A stretch of 64,000 bases of DNA from Flavobacteriaceae bacterium UBA1682 (GTDB lineage Bacteria > Bacteroidota > Bacteroidia > Flavobacteriales > Flavobacteriaceae). Under the pieces are notes generated by a model. The model was not told where the DNA came from. It ran no database searches and worked only from the letters and a program-made list of their open reading frames with translations. The stretch is taken from contig DCKE01000007.1 of assembly GCA_002320285.1 (NCBI GenBank), positions 15,606 through 79,605 of the forward strand, read 5' to 3'. Position 1 is the first letter of the stretch, and the number at the start of each line of letters is the position of its first letter. This document shows positions 18,743-27,817 of the stretch, one piece after another. The position numbers and the translations under genes are program-made.

Positions 18743-18750
18743 CAAAATTA
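18743..18750 (-). promoter_or_regulatory. Candidate -7 box (TAATTTTG on the minus strand) for the Zn-peptidase gene
   Basis: CAAAATTA on the plus strand lies 52 nt upstream of the ATG at 18691 and ~30 nt downstream, in the direction of transcription, of the heptad tract. Confidence 0.3.
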
Positions 18751-18780
18751 TATTTCGACAAGTTGTCAGTAAAAAAAACC

Positions 18781-18892
18781 GGGAATCGGGAGTCGGGAGT
18801 CGGGAGTCGGGAGTCGGGAGTCGGGAGTCGGGAGTCGGGAGTCGGGAGTCGGGAGTCGAGAGTCGGGAGTCGGGAGTCGGGAGTCGGGAGTC
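18781..18892. repeat. Heptanucleotide microsatellite (GGGAGTC) x16
   Basis: I counted 16 contiguous 7-nt units directly. Fourteen are perfect GGGAGTC and two are variants: GGGAATC (unit 1) and GAGAGTC (unit 12). Confidence 0.97.
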
Positions 18893-18900
18893 GGAAAATC

Positions 18901-18942
18901 ACGACAAACGAAAAACGAAAAACGAATCACGAACAACGACAA
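18901..18942. repeat. Degenerate A-rich heptad series (ACGAAAA-like x6) abutting the GGGAGTC tract
   Basis: The six units read ACGACAA ACGAAAA ACGAAAA ACGAATC ACGAACA ACGACAA. Confidence 0.8.
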
Positions 18943-18969
18943 AAGGCTGTCCTTTTGGGACAGCCTTTT
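18941..18969 (-). terminator. Rho-independent terminator of rimP-nusA-infB
   Basis: AAAAGGCTGTCC / GGACAGCCTTTT form a hairpin 23 nt after the infB stop. The plus-strand A-run gives a U-tract on the minus strand. Confidence 0.8.
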
Positions 18970-18991
18970 GCAAATATATTAGAAAAGATCT

Positions 18992-21928
18992 TTACAATTT
19001 CTTTTTCACCTCCACTTGTTGGAAAGCTTCAATTAAATCGAGTTCTTTAATATCGTTGTAATTCTTCACTTGAATACCACAATCATATCCTTTAGACACT
19101 TCTTTCACATCGTCTTTAAAACGTCTTAAAGCGGTTAATTCACCAGTGTAAATTACTACTCCTTCACGGATCAAGCGGATTTTAGAGTTTCTATAGATTT
19201 TACCATCTGTAACCATACATCCAGCAATCGTACCAATTTTAGAGATTTTAAACAATTCTCTAATTTCAGCAGTACCGGTAACTTCTTCTTTCATCACTGG
19301 GGAAAGCATACCTTCCATAGCGTCTCTTAAGTCGTCAATTGCATCATAAATGATCGAGTAGTTTCTGATATCGATTTCTTCTTTATCTGCCAATTGTTTA
19401 GCATTACCCATTGGTCGAACGTTAAATCCGATAATGATTGCATCAGATGCAGAAGCTAACAATACGTCGGATTCAGTGATGGCTCCAACTCCTTTGTGGA
19501 TAATATTGATTTGAATTTCTTCGGTTGACAATTTAGAGAACGAATCAGAAAGTGCTTCAACAGAACCATCCACATCCCCTTTCAAGATAATATTCAACTC
19601 TTTAAAATCACCTAAAGCAATACGACGTCCAATCTCAGCCAAAGTAATATGTCTTTGTGCTCTTACAGATTGCTCGCGAATCAACTGCGTACGTTTTGCC
19701 GCAATTTGTTTTGCTTCACGTTCTTCCAAGAATACGTTGAACTTATCACCAGCAGTAGGTGCGCCATCCAATCCCAATACAGAAATAGGTTTAGAAGGAC
19801 CTGCCTCTTTCACCGCTTTTCCTCTTTCGTCGTGCATCGCTCTAACCTTACCGTGATGTTTACCTGCCAACATGTAGTCACCTACACGTAAAGTACCGGA
19901 TTGAACCAAAACAGTAGAAACAAATCCTCTACCTTTATCAAGGAATGCTTCAACTACAGTACCAACAGCTAATTTATCTGGATTTGCAGTAAGCTCTAAC
20001 ATTTCTGCTTCAAGCAATACCTTTTCCAAAAGTTCTTTTACACCAATACCTTTTTTGGCTGAAATATCTTGAGATTGATAAGTACCTCCCCAAGCTTCTA
20101 CCAACAAATTCATTGCTGCTAATTTTTCTTTAATTTTCTCTGGGTTTGCCGTATCCTTATCGATTTTGTTAATTGCAAAAATCAAAGGAACACCTGCTGC
20201 CTGAGCATGGCTGATAGCCTCTTTGGTTTGTGGCATGATGTCATCATCCGCTGCAATAACAATAATAACGATATCGGTAACTTGAGCTCCACGAGCACGC
20301 ATGGCAGTAAAGGCCTCGTGACCTGGTGTATCCAAGAAAGTGATCTGCTGTCCACCTTCTAAAGTTACTCCGTAAGCACCAATATGCTGTGTGATACCTC
20401 CAGATTCTCCCGTAATAACGTTGGTATTACGAATATAATCTAACAAAGATGTTTTACCGTGATCCACGTGTCCCATTACAGTAACAATTGGAGCTCTAGG
20501 TTTTAAATCTTCTGGTTTATCAACTATTTCTTCAATCGATTCCTCGATATCTGTTGTTGTAAATTCTACTTCGAAACCAAATTCATCGGCAACGATAGTA
20601 AGAGTTTCCGCATCCAAACGTTGGTTCATGGTTACCATGATACCCAAAGACATACAAGTACCAATCACTTTAGTAATAGGCACATCCATCATTGTTGCAA
20701 CTTCTCCAACAGTAACGAATTCCGTAACTTTTAAAGTTTTGCTTCCTTCTTCGATAGCTCTTTGTTCGTCATCCGTTTTCTTACGGTGCGTATCTCTTTT
20801 ATCTCTACGATATTTTGCTGCTTTAGAACGATTTCCTTTTCCTTGTAAACGCTCTAGAGTTTCTTTAATCTGGTTTTTAACTTCTTCCTCAGTAGGCTCC
20901 ACTTTTACAACTGGCGCTGCATTTCTGTTGTTATTACCTTTGTAGTTAGGTGAAGTTCTATTTCCAAATTTATTTCCAGCTCCAGCAGGTCTTGGAGCAC
21001 CACCACCAGCGGCATTAGCCGTACCCGTGTTAGCTCCCGGTTTAGAAGGAATTCTTTTTCTCTTATTTTTAGCAGCGGCACCTGCAGCACCTGGCTTTGC
21101 AGCTACGCCACCTTTTTTAGGATCATCTTTTTTAGGTTCTTCCTTCTTCTTTTTAGGCTTGTTAAACTGAGACAGATCAATAGTTTGTCCCGTAAAAGTA
21201 GTTCCTGAAAGCTTTTGGTAATTTGTCTTAACTACTTCTTCCTCCGTAACTGCCTCACCCTGGGCACCGTCTTTTGATTCTATCTTAGCTTCAACAACCT
21301 TAGTTTCTGTTGATTTCACCTCAGTTGCCTTTACCTCAGTTGGTTGATCTTCAGAGGACACAATTGCTGTTGGTTTTTCCGAAGGTGTTTCCTTTTTCTC
21401 AGCAACAACAACTTTTTTATCACTAGCAGCTGCACTAGGTCCTTTAGATTTTTTATCTACCGGCTTGGCTTGCGCTTCTTCAGATGTATTTTCCAAAATT
21501 TCTGGTTTCACTTGTTTTTTAACCACTGTATCGTCTGAAGAAACTTTCGGTTTTTTAGGTTCAAGATCAATTTTACCAACAGGTTTGATTGCAGCAATCG
21601 CTTCCGCTTTTGCACGAATCACCTCTTGCTCGCGTTTAATACGCTCCTCATCTTGTTTGCGTTTTACTTCAATTTCTCTATCGCGCTCGACTTTAAGAGC
21701 CTCTTTTTCCTTTCTTTTCTCTTCACTCACTTCAATAGAAGCTTCTTTCTTCCCCTTGTCAGCAGAGAATTGTTTACACAAAACACTATACTCCTCTTTA
21801 GATATCTTAGCATTCGGACTTGCTTCAATCTCAAAACCTTTGGTTTTCAGAAAATCCACAGCTCTATCTAGAGAAATATTTAATTCCCTTAAAACTTGAT
21901 TTATTCTTTTTACTCTTTCTTCAGACAT
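18992..21928 (-). CDS. infB: Translation initiation factor IF-2
   Basis: The G domain carries '[14 protein letters not shown]', 'DTPGHEAF' and 'NKID'. It has a long Lys/Glu/Ala-rich N-terminal region and lies downstream of nusA. Confidence 0.97.
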   Translation of the reverse strand: MSEERVKRINQVLRELNISLDRAVDFLKTKGFEIEASPNAKISKEEYSVLCKQFSADKGKKEASIEVSEEKRKEKEALKVERDREIEVKRKQDEERIKREQEVIRAKAEAIAAIKPVGKIDLEPKKPKVSSDDTVVKKQVKPEILENTSEEAQAKPVDKKSKGPSAAASDKKVVVAEKKETPSEKPTAIVSSEDQPTEVKATEVKSTETKVVEAKIESKDGAQGEAVTEEEVVKTNYQKLSGTTFTGQTIDLSQFNKPKKKKEEPKKDDPKKGGVAAKPGAAGAAAKNKRKRIPSKPGANTGTANAAGGGAPRPAGAGNKFGNRTSPNYKGNNNRNAAPVVKVEPTEEEVKNQIKETLERLQGKGNRSKAAKYRRDKRDTHRKKTDDEQRAIEEGSKTLKVTEFVTVGEVATMMDVPITKVIGTCMSLGIMVTMNQRLDAETLTIVADEFGFEVEFTTTDIEESIEEIVDKPEDLKPRAPIVTVMGHVDHGKTSLLDYIRNTNVITGESGGITQHIGAYGVTLEGGQQITFLDTPGHEAFTAMRARGAQVTDIVIIVIAADDDIMPQTKEAISHAQAAGVPLIFAINKIDKDTANPEKIKEKLAAMNLLVEAWGGTYQSQDISAKKGIGVKELLEKVLLEAEMLELTANPDKLAVGTVVEAFLDKGRGFVSTVLVQSGTLRVGDYMLAGKHHGKVRAMHDERGKAVKEAGPSKPISVLGLDGAPTAGDKFNVFLEEREAKQIAAKRTQLIREQSVRAQRHITLAEIGRRIALGDFKELNIILKGDVDGSVEALSDSFSKLSTEEIQINIIHKGVGAITESDVLLASASDAIIIGFNVRPMGNAKQLADKEEIDIRNYSIIYDAIDDLRDAMEGMLSPVMKEEVTGTAEIRELFKISKIGTIAGCMVTDGKIYRNSKIRLIREGVVIYTGELTALRRFKDDVKEVSKGYDCGIQVKNYNDIKELDLIEAFQQVEVKKKL

Positions 21929-21973
21929 ATTATCTTTTTAGTGTATTTTAATGAGTTGTGTTGATGTTTTTAA

Positions 21974-23218
21974 CTAGTCTTCAAACTCTTCTTTAAGAAT
22001 TCGTATTACTTCAAGAATGGTTTCTTCTTCAAGATCGGTTCTTCTTACTAAATCGGCAACATCTTGTTTTAGAATACTTCTAGCAGTATCCAATCCAATT
22101 TTAGCAAACTCATCAATTACCCAGCTCTCTATTTCATCCTTGAATTCTGATAATTCAACGTCATCGTCACTCGAAAGGTCTGCAGCATCTCTCATTACGT
22201 CTAATTCATAGCCCGTAAGTAATCCTGCCAATTTAATGTTTTGACCACCACGTCCAATCGCTTTAGAAACTTCTTCAATGTTTAAATAAACACTGGCTTT
22301 CTTCGCCACTTCATCCAATTTGATCATATTGATCTTTGCAGGACTTAAGGCTCTAGTGATAAATAATTGTGTATTGGTGGTGTAATTGATAACATCAATG
22401 TTTTCATTCCCTAACTCACGTACAATTCCGTGTATTCTTGACCCCTTCATACCAACACAAGCACCTACAGGATCAATTCTATCATCGTATGAATCAACGG
22501 CAACCTTAGCTTTTTCCCCTGGGATACGAACCACTTTTTTAATTGTGATCAGTCCGTCAGCAACTTCTGGGATTTCTTGTTCAAATAATTTTTCTAAAAA
22601 CTTCTCTGAAGTTCTAGACATAATAATTTGAGGCTTATTACCTTTTAATTCTACACTTTCTATTATCCCTCTTACCGTATCTCCTTTTCTAAAGAAATCA
22701 GCTGGAATTTGTTTTTCTTTTGGAAGAATAATCTCATTACCTTCATCATCAACCAAAATTACAGCTTTTGGACGAACATGGTGCACTTCTGCAGCATATA
22801 CCTCGTCAACAAGATCCTTAAATTGTTTGTAAAGGTTGGTATTATCATGCTCATGGATTTTTGAAATCAAATTCTGACGCAAGGCCAAAATCGCTCTTCT
22901 CCCCAATTGTATTAATTTTACTTCCTCAGATACATCTTCACCTACTTCAAAGTCAGGTTCAATTTTTCTAGCTTCAGAAAGTGAAATCTCAGAATTCTCA
23001 TCTTCTACTTCTCCATCTGCAACTACAACACGATTTCTCCAGATCTCCATATCTCCTTTATCAGGATTGATAATGATATCAAAATTATCGTCTGAACCAT
23101 ACTTCTTCTTCAATGCATTTCTAAATACATCTTCCAAAATTGCCATTAGTGTAACTCTGTCGATAAGTTTATCGTCTTTAAACTCTGAAAATGATTCAAT
23201 TAATGCAATATTTTCCAT
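21974..23218 (-). CDS. nusA: Transcription termination/antitermination factor NusA
   Basis: It shows the S1 and KH domain pattern ('DPVGACVGMKGSRI', 'IGRGGQNIKLA') and sits in the conserved rimP-nusA-infB order. Confidence 0.97.
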   Translation of the reverse strand: MENIALIESFSEFKDDKLIDRVTLMAILEDVFRNALKKKYGSDDNFDIIINPDKGDMEIWRNRVVVADGEVEDENSEISLSEARKIEPDFEVGEDVSEEVKLIQLGRRAILALRQNLISKIHEHDNTNLYKQFKDLVDEVYAAEVHHVRPKAVILVDDEGNEIILPKEKQIPADFFRKGDTVRGIIESVELKGNKPQIIMSRTSEKFLEKLFEQEIPEVADGLITIKKVVRIPGEKAKVAVDSYDDRIDPVGACVGMKGSRIHGIVRELGNENIDVINYTTNTQLFITRALSPAKINMIKLDEVAKKASVYLNIEEVSKAIGRGGQNIKLAGLLTGYELDVMRDAADLSSDDDVELSEFKDEIESWVIDEFAKIGLDTARSILKQDVADLVRRTDLEEETILEVIRILKEEFED

Positions 23219-23234
23219 GCAATCTATTTTATTT

Positions 23235-23702
23235 TTAAAATGAAATTATAACAATCGCTTCTTTAACATCCGAAATGGGAAGACTAACCTTTTTGTCAAC
23301 GGTTACTTTCCCTTTACCTACGGCTTTAGGCTCTCTGGCCTTCCACTCTAAAAATAGGTTTTCCTCATCCGAATCAACCAACGTTGCTTCAAACACCGTT
23401 TGGTCGAGGGTTGTTATTTTTAGTTTTCTGCCAACATTTTTTTTATATTGTCTAGGTAACTGCAAAGGTTTTGTAGCACCAGCCGAAGCCACTTCTAAAG
23501 AAAAATCGTGCTCTTCTCGATCTAAATTGTGATCTATAGCACGACTTATATCAATACAATCTTGTAATGTCACACCTTGGTCACCATCAATAATCACACT
23601 GATTTTGCCGTCGTCGGAAATAGAAAAATCAATCAAAAATAATGACGGATGCTCTTCCAACCCTTGATTCAACAACTCTTTTACTTTTTCTTTAAATGTC
23701 AT
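23235..23702 (-). CDS. rimP: Ribosome maturation factor RimP
   Basis: It lies immediately upstream of nusA and has typical RimP size and sequence from '[11 protein letters not shown]'. The longer ORF (to 23768) would translate through a perfect hairpin plus T-run, so I rejected it. Confidence 0.88.
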   Translation of the reverse strand: MTFKEKVKELLNQGLEEHPSLFLIDFSISDDGKISVIIDGDQGVTLQDCIDISRAIDHNLDREEHDFSLEVASAGATKPLQLPRQYKKNVGRKLKITTLDQTVFEATLVDSDEENLFLEWKAREPKAVGKGKVTVDKKVSLPISDVKEAIVIISF

Positions 23703-23708
23703 ATTTCT

Positions 23709-23735
23709 ATAAAAAGAGGGGACACCAGTCCCCTC
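23709..23735 (-). promoter_or_regulatory. Leader hairpin plus U-tract (intrinsic-terminator-like attenuator) just upstream of rimP
   Basis: On the minus strand, GAGGGGAC-TGGT-GTCCCCTC (a perfect 8-bp G/C-rich stem) is followed by TTTTTAT. It sits between the candidate -7 box (23766-23773) and the rimP ATG (23702). Confidence 0.5.
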
Positions 23736-23765
23736 ATTATTTAGTTTAACTAATAAATAACGCCA

Positions 23766-23773
23766 CAAAGATA
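23766..23773 (-). promoter_or_regulatory. Candidate -7 box (TATCTTTG on the minus strand) for rimP-nusA-infB
   Basis: CAAAGATA on the plus strand lies 64 nt upstream of the rimP ATG. Confidence 0.35.
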
Positions 23774-23877
23774 CTATTTTTTTTATACAATTAAAACTTT
23801 TGATAATTGATAATTATATTATTAACTTTATAAATTAGAAATAAAACCTATTAATTTCAATACCCATAATAAAAACT

Positions 23878-24705
23878 ATGAAAAAAATACTCGTACCTAC
23901 GGATTTCTCTCCCCATGCAAATAGCGCACTTCATGCCGCAGCCTTAATCGCTAAAAAATGCCATGCGGAGGTCATATTACTACACATTATAGAACTACCC
24001 CAACAAGCTACAGACGAAATATCCATAGGCGCAGAAATTCCTGAGGTCATGTTTTTTAAAAATGCTGCAGAAAACCGACTAACCCAATTAGCGCTATCAC
24101 CGGTTCTTGAAGGACTGAATGTTTCACAAGTGCTAAAATTGGATAGAACTTTTCTAGGTGTAATCACAGTTGCCGAAGTCAATGATGTTGATTTAATCAT
24201 CATGGGTTCGCATGGAGCTAGTGGAGCTAAAGAAATGTTTATCGGGTCTAATACCGAAAAAGTGGTTCGCTCATCGGATGTACCGGTACTGGTTATCAAG
24301 GAAAACACCAATCACTTTGAAGTAAAAAACTTCATATTTGCTTCTGACTTTTCAGAAGGCATGAAAGCACCTTTCTTAAAAGCACTAAAATTCAACAAAG
24401 TATTCGGCTCTAAATTGCATCTTTTGATGGTCAATACACCGAATAGTTTTAAGACAACGCAAGCTGCTGAAGAACAATTAGAAACTTTCTTGTCCGACAT
24501 CACAGACAACGAATTTGAATTGACCATTTACAACGACATCAATATCGAAAAGGGAATATTAAATTACGCCAAAAAAATAGATGCCGATCTTATCGGACTC
24601 AGCACACACGGCAGAAAAGGCATTTCTCACTTTCTTAACGGAAGTATCACCGAAGATTTAGTTAATCACTCCTCCACTTCCGTATTGACCTTTAAAATAA
24701 AGTAG
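23878..24705 (+). CDS. Universal stress protein (tandem UspA domains)
   Basis: It has two USP-like halves, each ending in a 'G.HG..G....GS.TE.V' type motif ('IMGSHGASGAKEMFIGSNTEKVV' and 'STHGRKGISHFLNGSITEDLV'). Confidence 0.85.
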   Translation: MKKILVPTDFSPHANSALHAAALIAKKCHAEVILLHIIELPQQATDEISIGAEIPEVMFFKNAAENRLTQLALSPVLEGLNVSQVLKLDRTFLGVITVAEVNDVDLIIMGSHGASGAKEMFIGSNTEKVVRSSDVPVLVIKENTNHFEVKNFIFASDFSEGMKAPFLKALKFNKVFGSKLHLLMVNTPNSFKTTQAAEEQLETFLSDITDNEFELTIYNDINIEKGILNYAKKIDADLIGLSTHGRKGISHFLNGSITEDLVNHSSTSVLTFKIK

Positions 24706-24763
24706 CGCATCAATTTCCGAGGAATGGAACAAACAAACCGACGAGAAAAAATACAGACAAAAA

Positions 24764-24797
24764 AAATGGGGCTCATCTAAAAAGACTAGCCCCATTT
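24764..24797. terminator. Bidirectional hairpin between convergent usp and HD genes
   Basis: AAATGGGGCT pairs with AGCCCCATTT across a 14-nt loop, flanked by A/T runs. Confidence 0.55.
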
Positions 24798-25448
24798 CTA
24801 TTTAATTCCATCCCATTCACCGTAAAACTGCGACAAGAAAAGCTCCATAAACCGATGCCTTTCCTGGGCAATTTCCTTAGCTGCTTGAGTATTCATTCGA
24901 TCTTTTAACAACAATAATTTTTCATAAAAATGATTTAAAGTTGGTCCATTATCCGCTTTATACTCCTCCTTAGACATCGCCATTTTTGGCGCCACATTAG
25001 GATCATAGAGAATTCTATTTTTAAATCCTCCATAATTAAATGCACGAGCAATTCCAATAGCTCCCAAAGCATCTAAGCGATCCGCATCTTGAACAATCTG
25101 CAACTCCAAGGAACTAAACTTCTTTTCAAAATTCCCCCCCTTAAACGAGATGTTTTCAATGATACGAACTACATGCATCACCACTTCTTCAGCAACACCA
25201 ATAGACTCTAGGAACAACTGAGCCTTCTTAGGACCGACCTGTTCATCTCCGTCATTAAACTTACTATCTGCTATATCATGTAAAAGCGCCGCTAATTTTA
25301 CTACTAAAAAATCGCATTTTGGACTGTTCTCAGCAATTAATAACGCATTTTTGTAAACGCGTTCTATGTGAAACCAATCATGCCCTCCTTCAGCACCTTC
25401 CAATTCTATTCTAACAAAAGCAGTAGTTTTCGCAACTAACTCTTCCAT
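24798..25448 (-). CDS. HD domain phosphohydrolase
   Basis: It carries the HD-superfamily metal ligands 'GGHDWFHIERV...LLHDIAD...DADRLDA'. Confidence 0.8.
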   Translation of the reverse strand: MEELVAKTTAFVRIELEGAEGGHDWFHIERVYKNALLIAENSPKCDFLVVKLAALLHDIADSKFNDGDEQVGPKKAQLFLESIGVAEEVVMHVVRIIENISFKGGNFEKKFSSLELQIVQDADRLDALGAIGIARAFNYGGFKNRILYDPNVAPKMAMSKEEYKADNGPTLNHFYEKLLLLKDRMNTQAAKEIAQERHRFMELFLSQFYGEWDGIK

Positions 25449-25457
25449 GAATTCCTT

Positions 25458-26447
25458 TTATTTTATAATTGCTGGCTGTACCCATTTAAACACATGAGGT
25501 TCACGTGTAATCACCATTCTCTCCGCAATTTTTGTCATACGTCCTGGTAACTTCATCAAATAATCACGCGCTTTTTCTGCTTCATCTGTCAAATTGTTCA
25601 CTTTATCAATTTGCCACTTATCTATTAATTTCTGCATGATATCAACATAATCCATCGCAGTATAAACTCCAATGCGCTGTGCCGAATCTGAAAACTGTTC
25701 AAAAGCATCGCCAATCTTCCCACCCGATTCTCTAATCAAATTTGCCGGCATAGTGATCTTTCTCTTCATCATATAATGAAAAGCCAACATCATCTCACTT
25801 GGATCTACTTTAAAAATACGATCCACAAATTCTGTATAAGCATGATGGTGTCTCATTTCGTCACCCGCAATTAACCTACAGATTTTCGATAGTTTATGAT
25901 CTCCGTATTTCTTAGCCAATTGGGCAACTCTGTTGTGAGAAACATAAGTAGCCAATTCCTGAAAACTGGTGAAGACAAAATTCTTATACGGGTCACGATC
26001 CGTTCCCGGGTCAAAACCATCGTTTAATAAATGATGCGTCGTGATTTCGACTTCCTTCATATTTACCCTTCCAGATAGATACAAATATTTGTTCAACAGG
26101 TCCCCATGACGATTCTCTTCACCGGTCCATTGTCTGATCCATTTCCCCCAGCCGTTATCCGTTTTCTGATCAATTCCCTCTACATCCATCAACCAAGACT
26201 CGTAAGTAGGCAAAGCCTCCTCCGTAATGGTATCTCCAACCAATACAACCCAAAAGTCATAAGGCAGCTCCTTAGCAAACTCTCGAAGCTCTTTAACATC
26301 TTCAAAGAAGGTCTCACTTTGAGAATCCGGTAACAAATCGGAAGGTTGCCAAATTTTCTCAACCGGTATTAAATAGTTCTCAACGAAACTATCAATATTT
26401 TTTTCTAGAAATTGCATTACTTCTAGGCGAACATTTTTAATTGACAT
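25458..26447 (-). CDS. Soluble di-iron acyl-ACP desaturase (FA_desaturase_2 family)
   Basis: It has the two E..RH di-iron motifs 'GEENRHGDLL' and 'AGDEMRHHHAY', at the spacing typical of stearoyl-ACP desaturase-like enzymes. Confidence 0.85.
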   Translation of the reverse strand: MSIKNVRLEVMQFLEKNIDSFVENYLIPVEKIWQPSDLLPDSQSETFFEDVKELREFAKELPYDFWVVLVGDTITEEALPTYESWLMDVEGIDQKTDNGWGKWIRQWTGEENRHGDLLNKYLYLSGRVNMKEVEITTHHLLNDGFDPGTDRDPYKNFVFTSFQELATYVSHNRVAQLAKKYGDHKLSKICRLIAGDEMRHHHAYTEFVDRIFKVDPSEMMLAFHYMMKRKITMPANLIRESGGKIGDAFEQFSDSAQRIGVYTAMDYVDIMQKLIDKWQIDKVNNLTDEAEKARDYLMKLPGRMTKIAERMVITREPHVFKWVQPAIIK

Positions 26448-26523
26448 AATTTCTATTTATTTCACCAAGCTTAAATACTTTTCATGATCTGGTTTGTTTG
26501 AGCATCAAGTGGTGTATGTATAT

Positions 26524-27255
26524 TTATTTTACTGCTATCTTTATCCTATTTTCGGTCTCTGTAAAAAGGGACTCAAAATCATATTCTCTAACCACTAAGG
26601 GTGCATGAGTAATTACCTCAACACGATTACCCAATCCCAATGGAAATTTTCCAAACCGCAATAATTTCCAGGAATTATTGATTGTTATCGGCACTACCAC
26701 CGCATCAGGAGCGTATTTACACAAAATCTTCATACCATTTTCCGAAAAACGCTTCGGTTTCCCATCTCTACTACGAGTTCCCTCTGGAAATATCACCGCA
26801 GCTCGTTTGTACTTTTGTATATAAACTCCCAGCTCTTTAATAGCACTGAGTGCTTGCTTTGAATCTTTCCTATCAATTAGAACGGAACCTCCGTGTCTTA
26901 AATTATATGAAATACTCGGTATTCCTCTACCGAGTTCTTTTTTACTGACAAATTTAGGATGTGACCTTCTATAATTCCAAATTATACAAGGAATATCAAA
27001 CATACTTTGATGATTCGATACAAATATGATTGGCACATTATCAGGAACTAATTCCAGGTTCTTAACCGTATATGTTGTACCCAAAATATTCGTACACCTC
27101 AACAATAAAAAATTCAAATAATCCACACTTTTTTTATGCGCTTGGTATCCAGAAAGCTTTAAACAAAGCCATTGGATGGGATGAAACACCAGCAAGCAAA
27201 TTAGAAAGCAACATAAAAAAATGATGCTTATCGGGTATGAAATGAGTTTTTGCAC
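26524..27255 (-). CDS. plsC: 1-acyl-sn-glycerol-3-phosphate acyltransferase family protein
   Basis: It has the 'NHQSMFDIP' (HX4D) and 'IFPEGTRS' acyltransferase motifs. I chose the GTG start at 27255 (MQKLISYP...) because the longer ORF runs through the upstream gene's terminator hairpin. Confidence 0.78.
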   Translation of the reverse strand: MQKLISYPISIIFLCCFLICLLVFHPIQWLCLKLSGYQAHKKSVDYLNFLLLRCTNILGTTYTVKNLELVPDNVPIIFVSNHQSMFDIPCIIWNYRRSHPKFVSKKELGRGIPSISYNLRHGGSVLIDRKDSKQALSAIKELGVYIQKYKRAAVIFPEGTRSRDGKPKRFSENGMKILCKYAPDAVVVPITINNSWKLLRFGKFPLGLGNRVEVITHAPLVVREYDFESLFTETENRIKIAVK

Positions 27256-27296
27256 GTCGCTATATATAGATTGAATGGAGCAAATATACGTTTTTA

Positions 27297-27322
27297 ATAA
27301 AAAAACCACCTAAAAGGTGGTC
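27297..27322 (-). terminator. Rho-independent terminator after the bacilliredoxin gene
   Basis: On the minus strand, ACCACC-TTTTA-GGTGGT is followed by TTTTTTATT. Confidence 0.6.
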
Positions 27323-27328
27323 TTTATA

Positions 27329-27739
27329 TTAACAGTATTCGTTAAAAGCATCCTTAAGATTCTCTGCGATGGTCTCCGCGGGATGTCCTTCTATATGATG
27401 TCTTTCTAATACATGTACTAATTCTCCATCTCTAAACAACGCCATAGACGGTGAAGAAGGAGGAAAAGGGAACATGTGCAGACGAGCAGCATCAACTGCT
27501 TCTTTGTCTACTCCTGCAAAAACAGTCACAATTTGATTGGGTTTTTTATCTCCCATCAAACTCATCTTTGCTGCAGGTCTAGCATTACGTGCAGCACACC
27601 CACAAACGGAGTTTACTACAACAAATGTTGTTCCTTTTTGAGCTAAAGCATTTTCTACATCTTCAGCTGTATATAATTCTTGAAAGCCTGCTTCAACTAG
27701 TTCCGCACGCATAGGTTTTACAATTTCTTCTGGATACAT
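27329..27739 (-). CDS. BrxA/BrxB-family bacilliredoxin (DUF1094/YphP-like thiol-disulfide oxidoreductase)
   Basis: It has the 'VVNSVCGCAA' CGC active site in a thioredoxin-like protein of ~136 aa. I prefer the ATG at 27739 over the TTG at 27766. Confidence 0.8.
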   Translation of the reverse strand: MYPEEIVKPMRAELVEAGFQELYTAEDVENALAQKGTTFVVVNSVCGCAARNARPAAKMSLMGDKKPNQIVTVFAGVDKEAVDAARLHMFPFPPSSPSMALFRDGELVHVLERHHIEGHPAETIAENLKDAFNEYC

Positions 27740-27817
27740 ACTCTTTAAAAATAGGTTATTCAACAAAGTTACGTTTTTTTTACTTTACTCACTATGTTCG
27801 TCTTTCACAAAGTATTG

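Noticed and set aside
18781-18892. Could the short direct repeats be a CRISPR array?
   Set aside because: The units are 7 nt and contiguous, with no spacers, and no cas genes lie anywhere in the window. This is a microsatellite, not a CRISPR array.
18712-19050. A plus-strand ORF (112 aa, 'SGVGSRESGVGSRE...') and the minus-strand ORF 18717-18902 ('DSRLPTPDSRLPTP...') span the heptad tract.
   Set aside because: Both are simply translations of the GGGAGTC microsatellite, where 7 nt x 3 gives a 21-nt, 7-aa periodicity. They run through the infB terminator and promoter region and have no plausible start context. They are an ORF artefact of the repeat.
21344-21899. Several long antisense ORFs lie inside infB (for example 21465-21899, 144 aa, and 20628-20945, 105 aa) and inside nusA.
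   Set aside because: They lie opposite the Lys/Glu/Ala-rich low-complexity region of IF-2. Their products are Ser/Phe/Leu-rich mirror translations with no motifs. Strongly conserved genes occupy the other strand.
23703-23768. A longer rimP ORF starts at 23768 ([22 protein letters not shown]...).
   Set aside because: The extension translates a perfect hairpin plus T-run and includes the candidate -7 box. RimP homology begins at MTFKEKV.
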